NCBI GenBank assembly: GCA_963840455.1
Contig: CAWIYV010000014.1
Location: 32,001 to 96,000, forward strand
DNA: 64,000 bases
Reading direction: 5' to 3'
Origin: Nitrospirota bacterium
GTDB taxonomy: Bacteria; Nitrospirota; UBA9217
The notes under the pieces are model-generated. The model saw nothing but the letters and a program-made list of their open reading frames with translations. It was not told the origin of the DNA and did no database searches. Position numbers and translations under genes: made by a program. Positions 19,379 through 29,312 of this stretch are shown here, in pieces; the first letter of the stretch is position 1; every line of letters begins with the position of its first letter.

Positions 19379-20515
19379 ATGCAGAAAAAATATCTTTTGG
19401 CCCCTGGTCCCACGCCAGTTCCGCCCGAAGCGCTCCTGGCTATGGCCATGCCGATGATCCATCACCGCGCCCCGGATTTCCTTCCGGTGCTCGAATCGGC
19501 CAAGAAGGGCCTGCAGTGGCTTTACCAGACCAAGAACGACGTGCTCATCCTGTGCTCCACCGGCACCGGCGGCATGGTCGGCTCGGTGAACAATTTCTTG
19601 AATCCCGGCGACGAAGTGATCACCGTGAACGGCGGAAAGTTCGGCGAGCGCTGGACCAAGATCTGCCAGGCCTACGGCATGAAGGTGACCGAGATCGTGG
19701 TGGAGTGGGGCCACGCAGTGAAGCCGGAGCAGGTGGAGGAGGCCCTCAAAAAGAACCCCAAGACCAAGGCGGTCTTCATCCAGTTCACCGAGACCTCGAC
19801 CGGCGTGAACCATGACATCAAGACACTTGCCGGCATCGTCAAGAAGATCGATGCGCTCTTCGTCGTCGACGCCATCAGCGCCCTCGTGGCCCATGACATC
19901 CGGACCGACGAGTGGGGCATCGACGTGATGATTGGCGGCTCCCAGAAGGGTATCATGCTTCCGCCGGGCCTGGCCTTCGTGTCCGTCTCCGATAAGGCAT
20001 GGAAGATGGCCGATGCCGCGAAGACGCCGAAGTTCTACTTCAACTTCAAGAAAGAGCGCGAGAACCTGTCCAAGAACCAGACGACCTGGACATCTCCCGT
20101 GTCGCTTATCATCGGCCTGAACGCCGCGGTCAAGATGCTCCAGGACGAGGGCCTCGAGAACGTGTTCAAGCGCCACGACCGGCTCGCCCGGGCGACCCGC
20201 GCGGGTGCGGTCGCCCTGAACCTTCCGCTCTATCCCAAGGAGAACCCGAGCCTCTCGCTCACGGCCATCGAGGCGCCAGCGGGCGTGGACGGCCAGGCCA
20301 TCTACAAGGACCTGCGCGTGAAGTACGGCATCACCGGCGCAGGCGGCCAGGACAAGCTCAAGGGCAAGATCTTCCGCATAGCCCATCTCGGCTACGCGGA
20401 CACCTTCGACGTCATCACGGCAATTGCCGGCATCGAGATGGTGCTCAAAGGCCTGGGCCACCCGGTGAAGCTCGGCACGGGCGTCGCCGCTGCGCAAGAG
20501 ATCCTGATGAAATAA
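19379..20515 (+). CDS. Class V PLP aminotransferase (alanine-glyoxylate/serine-pyruvate type, likely filling the phosphoserine aminotransferase role)
   Basis: LAPGPTPVP, ETSTGV, VDAIS, GSQKG...PPGL; directly upstream of serA. Confidence 0.9.
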   Translation: MQKKYLLAPGPTPVPPEALLAMAMPMIHHRAPDFLPVLESAKKGLQWLYQTKNDVLILCSTGTGGMVGSVNNFLNPGDEVITVNGGKFGERWTKICQAYGMKVTEIVVEWGHAVKPEQVEEALKKNPKTKAVFIQFTETSTGVNHDIKTLAGIVKKIDALFVVDAISALVAHDIRTDEWGIDVMIGGSQKGIMLPPGLAFVSVSDKAWKMADAAKTPKFYFNFKKERENLSKNQTTWTSPVSLIIGLNAAVKMLQDEGLENVFKRHDRLARATRAGAVALNLPLYPKENPSLSLTAIEAPAGVDGQAIYKDLRVKYGITGAGGQDKLKGKIFRIAHLGYADTFDVITAIAGIEMVLKGLGHPVKLGTGVAAAQEILMK

Positions 20516-20641
20516 CAGCATACTTCCGCCACGGAGGCACGAAGACACGGAGAAGAAGGAAAGCCTCGGTCTTTCAAGAAAAGATCAAGGATGTTCTCTG
20601 TGCCTCTGTGTCTCTGTGGCAAAGCTTTTCACGGAGGATTC

Positions 20642-22219
20642 ATGAAAGTTCTGATCAGCGACAACCTCTCCGCCCGCGGGGTGGAGATCCTGAAGAAGGC
20701 CGGGCTCGAGGTCGAGTTCCGGAGCAAGACGACGCCTGAGGAGATCGAGAAGATGATCGGCGACTATGACGCGCTCATCATCCGCTCAGCCACCAAGGTC
20801 ACTGCCGGCCTGCTCGAGAAGGCCACGAAGCTCAAGGTCATCGGCCGGGCCGGCAGCGGCCTGGACAACGTGGATACGCCGGCGGCGACCAAGAAGGGCG
20901 TGGTGGTCATGAACACGCCCGGCGGCAACACCGTCACCACGGCGGAGCACACCATCGGAATGATCTTCGCCTGCGCCCGCATGATCCCGCAGGCCTACGC
21001 CTCGATGAAGGCGGGCAAGTGGGAAAAGAAGAAGTTCGAGGGCGTGGAGCTCTTCGACAAGACGCTCGGCATCGTCGGCCTCGGCGCCATCGGCGGCGTG
21101 GTCGCGAACCGCTGCGCGGCACTGGGCATGAAGGTACTGGCCTACGACCCCTTCATCTCGACCGAGAAGGCGAAGCAGCTCGGCATCGAGCTGGCGGACC
21201 TGGAGACCATCTACAAGATGTCGGATTTCATCACGCTCCACACGCCCAAGACCAAGGAGACGGCGAACCTCATCAACAAGGACACCATCGCGAAGATGAA
21301 GGACGGCGTGCGTATCATCAACTGTGCCCGCGGCGGCATCGTGAACGAGCAGGACCTCTACGAGGCCCTGAAGAGCGGCAAGGTGGGGGCAGCTGCCTTC
21401 GACGTGTTCGAGAAGGAACCGCCGGAGAACCACCCGCTCCTGACGCTCGACAACTTTATCGCCACGCCGCACCTTGGCGCCTCGACGAAGGAGGCGCAGG
21501 AGAACGTGGCCACGGCCGTGGCCGAGCAGATCGTGGATTACCTCGTCGCAGGGACGGTGCGGAACGCCGTGAACGTGCCGTCGGTGCCCGCGGACCAGCT
21601 TCCGACGCTCTCGCCCTATATCCATCTCGCCGAGCGCATGGGCCTCTTCACGGGCCAGATCATCGATGGCGGGCTCACCCAGGTTACGGTGGAGTACAGC
21701 GGCGAGGTCTCGAACCTCAAGCTCGAGCCCATCACGCTGGCCGCGATCAAGGGCCTGCTCACGCCCACGCTGCAGGAGAACGTGAACTACGTGAACGCGC
21801 CGCTCATCGCCAAGGACCGGGGCATCGAGGTGAAGGTCTCGAGATCCGCTGACACACACGAGTACACCAGCCTCCTGACCATCCGGGTCAAAGCCGGCGC
21901 CAGGGACCTGTCCGTGTCCGGTACGCTGAACAGCAAGAAGGAACCGCGCATCATCCAGGTGGACAACTTCCCCATGGAGACGGTGCCCGAGGGCGACATG
22001 CTGGTGCTCATGAACAACGACAAGCCCGGCGTCATCGGCGGCATCGGCACGCTCATGGGCCAGAACGGCATCAACATCTCGCGCATGCAGTTCGGCCGCG
22101 AGACCCAGGGCGGTCGGGCCATGTCCGTGGTGAGCGTGGACAGCTCAATCCCCGACAAGGTGCTGGATGCGGTCCGGAAGCTCCCGAACGTACTGTCGGT
22201 AAAGCAGGTCCGGATATAG
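20642..22219 (+). CDS. serA: D-3-phosphoglycerate dehydrogenase with ASB and ACT domains
   Basis: IRSATKVT, GRAGSGLDNVD, GLGAIG, INCARGG, TPHLGAST, DKPGVIG. Confidence 0.96.
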   Translation: MKVLISDNLSARGVEILKKAGLEVEFRSKTTPEEIEKMIGDYDALIIRSATKVTAGLLEKATKLKVIGRAGSGLDNVDTPAATKKGVVVMNTPGGNTVTTAEHTIGMIFACARMIPQAYASMKAGKWEKKKFEGVELFDKTLGIVGLGAIGGVVANRCAALGMKVLAYDPFISTEKAKQLGIELADLETIYKMSDFITLHTPKTKETANLINKDTIAKMKDGVRIINCARGGIVNEQDLYEALKSGKVGAAAFDVFEKEPPENHPLLTLDNFIATPHLGASTKEAQENVATAVAEQIVDYLVAGTVRNAVNVPSVPADQLPTLSPYIHLAERMGLFTGQIIDGGLTQVTVEYSGEVSNLKLEPITLAAIKGLLTPTLQENVNYVNAPLIAKDRGIEVKVSRSADTHEYTSLLTIRVKAGARDLSVSGTLNSKKEPRIIQVDNFPMETVPEGDMLVLMNNDKPGVIGGIGTLMGQNGINISRMQFGRETQGGRAMSVVSVDSSIPDKVLDAVRKLPNVLSVKQVRI

Positions 22220-22323
22220 TGACCGTAAGTCGTGAGGCGTAAGGCGCCAGGAACAAGGCAACAGTCAAAAGAAAAGAATAAGCAAGCAGAGGGGCGGCCC
22301 TGATCCGCCCCTTAACGCTGTAA

Positions 22324-23637
<1,314 letters not shown>

Positions 23638-23808
23638 CTCCATGCAAGGTTCAACGTTCAAGGTCTAAGGTCAAAACAGCATATCGTCGAGGCGAGTGGC
23701 AGTTGTTCTGCCGGTTCGAACATGGAACCAGGAACATTGATTCGCTGTCATATTTATTGACAACGTCACCGCTTCTTTGCTAATATACGCCTCTCGCAGC
23801 GGTGCAGC

Positions 23809-23884
23809 GGGCCGGTAGCTCAGTTGGTAGAGCACCGCCCTTTTAAGGCGGGTGTCCTGGGTTCGAATCCCAGCCGGCTCACCA
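23809..23884 (+). tRNA. tRNA-Lys(TTT)
   Basis: 76-nt cloverleaf, anticodon arm ccgcc-ctTTTaa-ggcgg, GGTTCGAATCC, encoded CCA. Confidence 0.97.
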
Positions 23885-24008
23885 GTTACCTTCGGTATTG
23901 GAAATTGTAAAGTGCAAATTGGAAATTGAAAATAAGGTTCCGGCAGTCCATCTGAGCAATTTGCATGTTGAAATTTTCAATCTGCAATTTTCAATAATCT
24001 GTAAGCAC

Positions 24009-24086
24009 GTCCCCATCGTCTAGCCCGGCCCAGGACACCGCCCTTTCACGGCGATAACGGGGGTTCGAATCCCCCTGGGGACGCCA
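24009..24086 (+). tRNA. tRNA-Glu(TTC), integration target
   Basis: gtcccc...ctTTCac...GGTTCGAATCC...ggggacgCCA. Confidence 0.96.
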
Positions 24087-24095
24087 ATCAAACCA

Positions 24096-24122
24096 AAGGA
24101 GCTGCTATTGCAGCTCCTTTTC
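24096..24122 (+). terminator. tRNA operon terminator
   Basis: aaaggagctgc-tatt-gcagctccttt plus T tract. Confidence 0.8.
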
Positions 24123-24130
24123 TTTATTGC

Positions 24131-24285
24131 GTCCCTGTCCCGTCGCGGGCCATCGCCGGTTCACGGCGCAAACGAAGGTGTAAGCGCTCAGATGAAGAGG
24201 CTTCGCGCTTCGTCGTTCAAGGTGAAAAGAGTGTTAGGTATGCCGGTTGCTCCGGCATATACGATCTAATCCCCCTGGGGACGCC
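24131..24285 (+). pseudogene. Degenerate tRNA-Glu copy interrupted by an 85-nt insert
   Basis: ttcacggcg..aacg..ggt [24180-24264] tctaatccccctggggacgcc. Confidence 0.65.
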
Positions 24286-24515
24286 CATCCAATCCAAAGA
24301 GCCACGGCATTTGCCGCGGCTCTTTTTTTGTCCCTCTTAGTGATCCATCACGTCCATACCCCGAAAATGCCCCGGCAGTATCCTTGTCAAATGGATGATT
24401 TTATAGTACGCTAATCCAAAGAACAGAGATGAAGTCCGACCAAATCATAATGCCCGAACTTCTTCGGGATAGACTTGCATAACTCAATCTTTAAGTCTGA
24501 CCCCATAGGGCACCC
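24268..24515 (+). repeat. ~240-bp islet leader, copy 1
   Basis: Near-identical to 27784-28021; contains a terminator hairpin and TTGTCA-17-TACGCT. Confidence 0.9.
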
Positions 24516-24651
24516 TTGGAGTAATCAAGACCTAAAGCAGAGCATGATTGCGAAATTTTATGAGCAGCGAAAAACTCTGTTAGCATCACGACAAATTATT
24601 ACGTGCATAGCCCAGTTGGACGAGAATCTACAGCTCATAGATCGACTGATT

Positions 24652-24855
24652 ATGAAATATAGAGAGCTCAAAAAGTTTATTGAAAAGAACATGCGGATGG
24701 CGCATGTATATCAGCCTGTAATGCTCATGACGCTGCTAGAGAATGGTGGTAAGTGCCTTGAGCGGCTGGCAAGGCATAACCCAATGGGTAATATAAATAC
24801 TAGTATCTATAGATATTCAAAATACGTTTTTATTGCTAACGAGGGGAGAATATGA
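24652..24855 (+). pseudogene. Truncated N-terminus resembling HNH/HIT-domain proteins
   Basis: FIEKNMRMAHVYQPVMLMTLL..GG motif recalled from that family; the ORF ends shortly afterwards. Confidence 0.45.
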
Positions 24856-25916
24856 CAGATAAATCAAATGATCCTAATAATAAAGCAGAGAATAAAAAAG
24901 AAGAGAATCAACCAAGCGGAAATATTCATTCTAATATTTCGAAATGGATTTATTATAATACGTCAAGCAGTAGTTATTCTCCGTCTTTAAGCTCGCTTTA
25001 CAATTATATCAATAGTAGCAATAAAAGTTGGTCAGCAATACAATGGCCAGACGAAGAAATTACTGTAAAGACGAAAAAGCTATATGAGACTATCGAGACA
25101 CTTCGTAAAGATGTAGAGGAAACTGCGAAAAAATTTCAGCAAGCCAAAAGTGAGCATGCTCAAAAAGACAGTGATATTTTGCAACTTAACGGGAAAATTG
25201 CCGAACTGTCTAAGAAGGAAAAACTCGGATTCTTGCTCTCACGAGTCAATGAAGCAGCTCAAAAATTATTGCTAGAGAACGAGGACTTTCAGAAAAAGTT
25301 CTTAGAGGAAAGCGAATGTGACACATTCGTTATGTCAGTTGATATTCGTAGGTCTACAGAGCTGATGTCGAAAGCTAGAAGTCCTGAACAATTTGCTCGC
25401 TTTATGACAACATTATGTAATGATCTTGAAGATGTTGTAAAAGATTGCTTTGGTGTCTTCGATAAATTTACAGGCGATGGCATTCTAGCCTTTTTCCCAG
25501 ATTTTTTTTCAGGCGCCGATTCGGGTTATTATGCGATAAAAGCGGCCAATCTCTGCCACAAACAATTTCAATTAAGGTACAAAGAATTTCGAAGTTCATT
25601 TAAGTCAGTTTTAACAGACGTTGGCCTAGGTATTGGGATTGATTATGGCCAAGCTCATCTTGTCCAAATAGCCGGCGGTTTAACTGTTGTTGGTTCGCCA
25701 GTGGTATACGCGTGCCGTATGAGCGGTGCTCCGGCTGATTCAACATATCTTAACCAGCCGGGCTATGAAAAAATAAGTGAGAAGTACAGTGAGTATTGCT
25801 TCTTGAAAGAGACAAAGATTGACATTAAGAATGAAGGGACAACGTTGGCCTACGATATACGTCTTAATGGGAAAGATTATAGACCCGAGGCGCCTACGTG
25901 GCTTAGCAGTAAATAG
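24852..25916 (+). CDS. Class III nucleotidyl (adenylate/guanylate) cyclase with N-terminal coiled coil
   Basis: VMSVDIRRST, DKFTGDGILAFF, GIGIDYG, TVVGSPVVYACRM. Confidence 0.85.
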   Translation: MTDKSNDPNNKAENKKEENQPSGNIHSNISKWIYYNTSSSSYSPSLSSLYNYINSSNKSWSAIQWPDEEITVKTKKLYETIETLRKDVEETAKKFQQAKSEHAQKDSDILQLNGKIAELSKKEKLGFLLSRVNEAAQKLLLENEDFQKKFLEESECDTFVMSVDIRRSTELMSKARSPEQFARFMTTLCNDLEDVVKDCFGVFDKFTGDGILAFFPDFFSGADSGYYAIKAANLCHKQFQLRYKEFRSSFKSVLTDVGLGIGIDYGQAHLVQIAGGLTVVGSPVVYACRMSGAPADSTYLNQPGYEKISEKYSEYCFLKETKIDIKNEGTTLAYDIRLNGKDYRPEAPTWLSSK

Positions 25917-25993
25917 GCTAATTGCAAAGGTGAGGAGTATGGTCCTGATAATAGCGTTAATGCCAGTGAGTATAAAATTGCGGGGGCTTCTAA

Positions 25994-26785
25994 ATGATAA
26001 AAGAATATTATGAATCATTTAAGGATAATATATTGAGCAAATCTACTAATCCATTCTTTGGCTCCTTAATTATTGTTTGGTCATTCCATAATTGGAGATT
26101 TCTATATACTATATTTAATTTCCTTAAGGAAACACCTAATGAGGATCGAATTGCATTTATCGCGAGCTATTTATATTCAGGCAAGTTTTTGCCGAATTTA
26201 GGCTGGTGTATTGTTTTCGCGTTTATAGTGCTTATCATTTCCTATTTCCTGCTTAATTTGTCTAGGCTAATTATAAACTTATATGAAAAAGTATTAACGC
26301 CATTTGTATACAAAATTACAGATCAAAGTTCCATAGTCTTAAAAGAGGATTATTTAAAACTTAATGAGGAAAAGAATAAATTGGTAGAAAAACTTGAAGC
26401 TGAACGAGGGGCTAGGCTAAATGTACAAGCCGAAAGAGATAGTCTCGAGATAAAATTAAGCCAGATGCAAAATGCTAAAAATGTGAATGATATTGCTACT
26501 ACTACTGTTACTCCGCCACCGAGTAAAAGTGATATTAATAAATATGACAAAGAAAGCGCGATTATTTCCAAGATAGAAGAAGAAAAGCTCTTAAATGCAT
26601 TCGATAATATAATCGAAAAAATATCAAATATAGATGCAATATACGATAATGAGCCTGGAGTTAGATATTTTTCAAAACTCGGTCTTATCACAAAAGGTAC
26701 CTATATTGATCAAAATCAGTATAATTATTCTTTCACGAAATTAGGAGATAGTGTAAAAACATATTATCTTGATAACTATCTTTGA
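25994..26785 (+). CDS. 2-TM plus coiled-coil hypothetical protein
   Basis: Two hydrophobic helices, a heptad-like region and a small C-terminal domain; very AT-rich. Confidence 0.75.
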   Translation: MIKEYYESFKDNILSKSTNPFFGSLIIVWSFHNWRFLYTIFNFLKETPNEDRIAFIASYLYSGKFLPNLGWCIVFAFIVLIISYFLLNLSRLIINLYEKVLTPFVYKITDQSSIVLKEDYLKLNEEKNKLVEKLEAERGARLNVQAERDSLEIKLSQMQNAKNVNDIATTTVTPPPSKSDINKYDKESAIISKIEEEKLLNAFDNIIEKISNIDAIYDNEPGVRYFSKLGLITKGTYIDQNQYNYSFTKLGDSVKTYYLDNYL

Positions 26786-26881
26786 ATAAGAAATAATATA
26801 CGTACGATGGTTCTTCACTTTAATTAGCTATCTTGTGCACGAACAGCTTTTGAATAGAATAAATCAACTTAATGCTGCATC

Positions 26882-27079
26882 TGAAACGTCACCAAAACGT
26901 AACCGAAATTAACTTACAGCAGATGAATGGCAGAATAATACTGGACAGAATAGAAGTGTGTAACGCATTGATTAGCACTATTAAAGCGAAAAAAAGCAGG
27001 TAAGAGACCCGGTTAGTAAAATCGTTAAGTTCTAACTTTCACGGCGATAGCAGGGTTTCGAATCCCCTCGAAGACGCCA
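26882..27079 (+). repeat. att-like arm plus tRNA-Glu 3' copy (degenerate)
   Basis: acgtcaccaaaacgtaacc...caggtaagag...ttagtaaaatcgtt...ctttcacggcgat; homologous to 27606-27802 and 41851-42245. Confidence 0.85.
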
Positions 27080-27178
27080 GCCAATCCAGGGACATGCTGG
27101 TATTCGGTAGCGCATCAACACAACCGATACCGATTTATGGTAGAATTAATCATTCGGTAAGTGCAAAGGGGGTAGGCC

Positions 27179-27532
27179 ATGAAGAAAATCGTATTTGCAG
27201 TAATTGCAGTCCTTTTATCAATTGGTGCGGCTCAAGCTCAGGATTATTTGCACGGCAAGTCCGGAACCACATATCAAAATATTGGAAACACAACCTACGG
27301 CTCGGATGGTTCAACTTATCAAAAAATTGGCAATACGACATACGGGAATGATGGGAACACTTCCCAACGGATTGGGAACACAACTTATCATGGAGATGGA
27401 TCGACATCTCAGCAAATTGGGAACACACTTTACAATTCCAATGGTAGCACCGTTCAAAAAATTGGCAATACAACGTACGGTTCTGATGGAACCAACTGCC
27501 AGAAAATAGGCAATACAACGTACTGTAACTAA
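27179..27532 (+). CDS. Small secreted protein with six 15-aa QKIGNTTYGSDGxxx repeats
   Basis: Signal peptide ending AQA; clear tandem repeats. Confidence 0.85.
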   Translation: MKKIVFAVIAVLLSIGAAQAQDYLHGKSGTTYQNIGNTTYGSDGSTYQKIGNTTYGNDGNTSQRIGNTTYHGDGSTSQQIGNTLYNSNGSTVQKIGNTTYGSDGTNCQKIGNTTYCN

Positions 27533-27605
27533 ATTGTCTGATATTTGCCTCTCTACACTGACATCTGATGAGAAAATGTGTGTGCAAACGGGTATAGCTA
27601 GTAAT

Positions 27606-27802
27606 TGAAAACGTAACCAAAACGTAACCGAAACTAACATACGGGGTAGAATAACAAGAAAATACTTGAATGGGCAGAAGCCAATAACTCTTTGATTATT
27701 GCTAATAAACAGAAAAACGCAGGTAAGAGGCCCATTTAGTAAAATTGTTAAGGCCCAACTTTCACGGCGATAACGGGGGTTCGAATCCCCCTGGGGACGC
27801 CA
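27606..27802 (+). repeat. att-like arm plus perfect 44-bp tRNA-Glu 3' copy
   Basis: acgtaaccaaaacgtaacc arm; 27759-27802 is identical to the tRNA-Glu 3' end. Confidence 0.9.
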
Positions 27803-28021
27803 ATCCAAAGAGCCACGGCAACTGCCGCGGCTCTTTTTTTTCTCCCTCTTAGTGATCCATCACGTGCATCCCCCGAAAATGCCCCGGCAGTATCCTTGTC
27901 AAATGGATGATTTTATAGTACGCTAATCCAAAGAACAGAGATGAAGTCCAACCAAATGCCCGAACTTCTTCGGGATAGACCTGCATAAGTCAATCTTTAA
28001 GTCTGACCCCATAGAGCACCC
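27784..28021 (+). repeat. ~240-bp islet leader, copy 2
   Basis: Near-identical to 24268-24515. Confidence 0.9.
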
Positions 28022-28075
28022 ATCCTCGCAAAGAAAGATGCGAAGAAAGCTGGGAAAGCAGTTCCCTCTAGGGAT

Positions 28076-28348
28076 GTGGATGATAAATTTCTGATCGCGG
28101 ACAAAAGCAATAATAAAGACAAAATGACATTGAGTGATTTCATTTATCATCATGTCTCATGGTCATACGACCTGTGGCATATGAGACGCTTTGGCTTAGT
28201 CTTGCCAAATCCAGAGGTGATTAATCAACAGGATAGTGTATTAGTTGGCGGCTTTTCATATATCTACGAAGACAAAATACTTGATGCGATGCGGTCGTCT
28301 GAATTCCTTCTTAAACGAGAAGGCGGTGGACGCAGAGGCAAGCGATAA
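28076..28348 (+). CDS. Hypothetical ORF or gene remnant
   Basis: 90-aa ORF behind the leader; no recognisable motif. Confidence 0.3.
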   Translation: MDDKFLIADKSNNKDKMTLSDFIYHHVSWSYDLWHMRRFGLVLPNPEVINQQDSVLVGGFSYIYEDKILDAMRSSEFLLKREGGGRRGKR

Positions 28349-29312
28349 ACATGCAGACTCTAATTCCTATGATAGCGCATGCTAGGACCCTGCGCATTCC
28401 CTCGGTTACTTACGGGGCGCTATATCCTAAAATACGCACTCCTCAGTACCGCGTTCACGTTTAATTTTCAACCAGTAGACTGCACCTCTTTTGATAAACC
28501 GTCCTATGCAATCATGTAGGTGTTCATCACAGTGCCTAGGATCTGAAAGCGTCGAAGAATATCGTTTGAAATATGCAGTGTCTGATTCTTCCTGTACTCG
28601 TTGAAGCTTCCATTCATCGCAATATTCAATATTTCATTCAGTAATTCGTAATCTCCCTAACAACCAGACGGTATTGTTTTAATTGCTGTGGTGTTTCGTG
28701 ATAACTGGTTGTCATCGTTAGGATGACAGGTAAGGGAAGGGCCTTATTTAGTCACTGATGATGCCTGTTTATGGCTGTCTACTTGACAATTACTTGACAG
28801 CGAATCTAAAGAGCAATCTAAGCGGGTCCATCGTGCTGTTAAAAGCGGAAAAGCAATTAAATATTGTTAAGAAATTGTTTTTAATTATTTGTATTGACCT
28901 TGACAGAATATCAGCAGCCTGTTAGCCTTGTAATACTTACTTCCTACTGCTTGCCTCTTATTTAACTTGCCACATTCTTTATTCTGTTTTTTCTCTGATA
29001 TTTTCTTTTTCTGAGAAAACCGAACGGGTGTTTTTGCGTTTCAAGTATCAACACTTTTAATCTATTTATTATTTTAATAGGACTCATTCTATCAGCCATT
29101 ATCTATAGCTCTGCGGTATGGCCAATTCATTTTAATAACCAGTATTTCAAATCAGAGCGTTCATGATCATGTGTTGTACCAAGTGGTTCGTTTCTTTCAT
29201 TGATTCTTACCAACAAGTACTTTCAATGCTGATATTGCGTGATATTAGAAGTTTAGGTGTTGCGCGTGGTATATACGAGCAATAAGGAAATATAATTTTG
29301 GGAGGTGTTGCA

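Noticed and set aside
27311-27808. 165-aa minus-strand ORF starting MDWRPQGDSNP
   Set aside because: Antisense translation of the tRNA fragment and the repeat gene
28420-28660. Possible decayed minus-strand gene
   Set aside because: Short, interrupted by a stop, and with no recognisable motif
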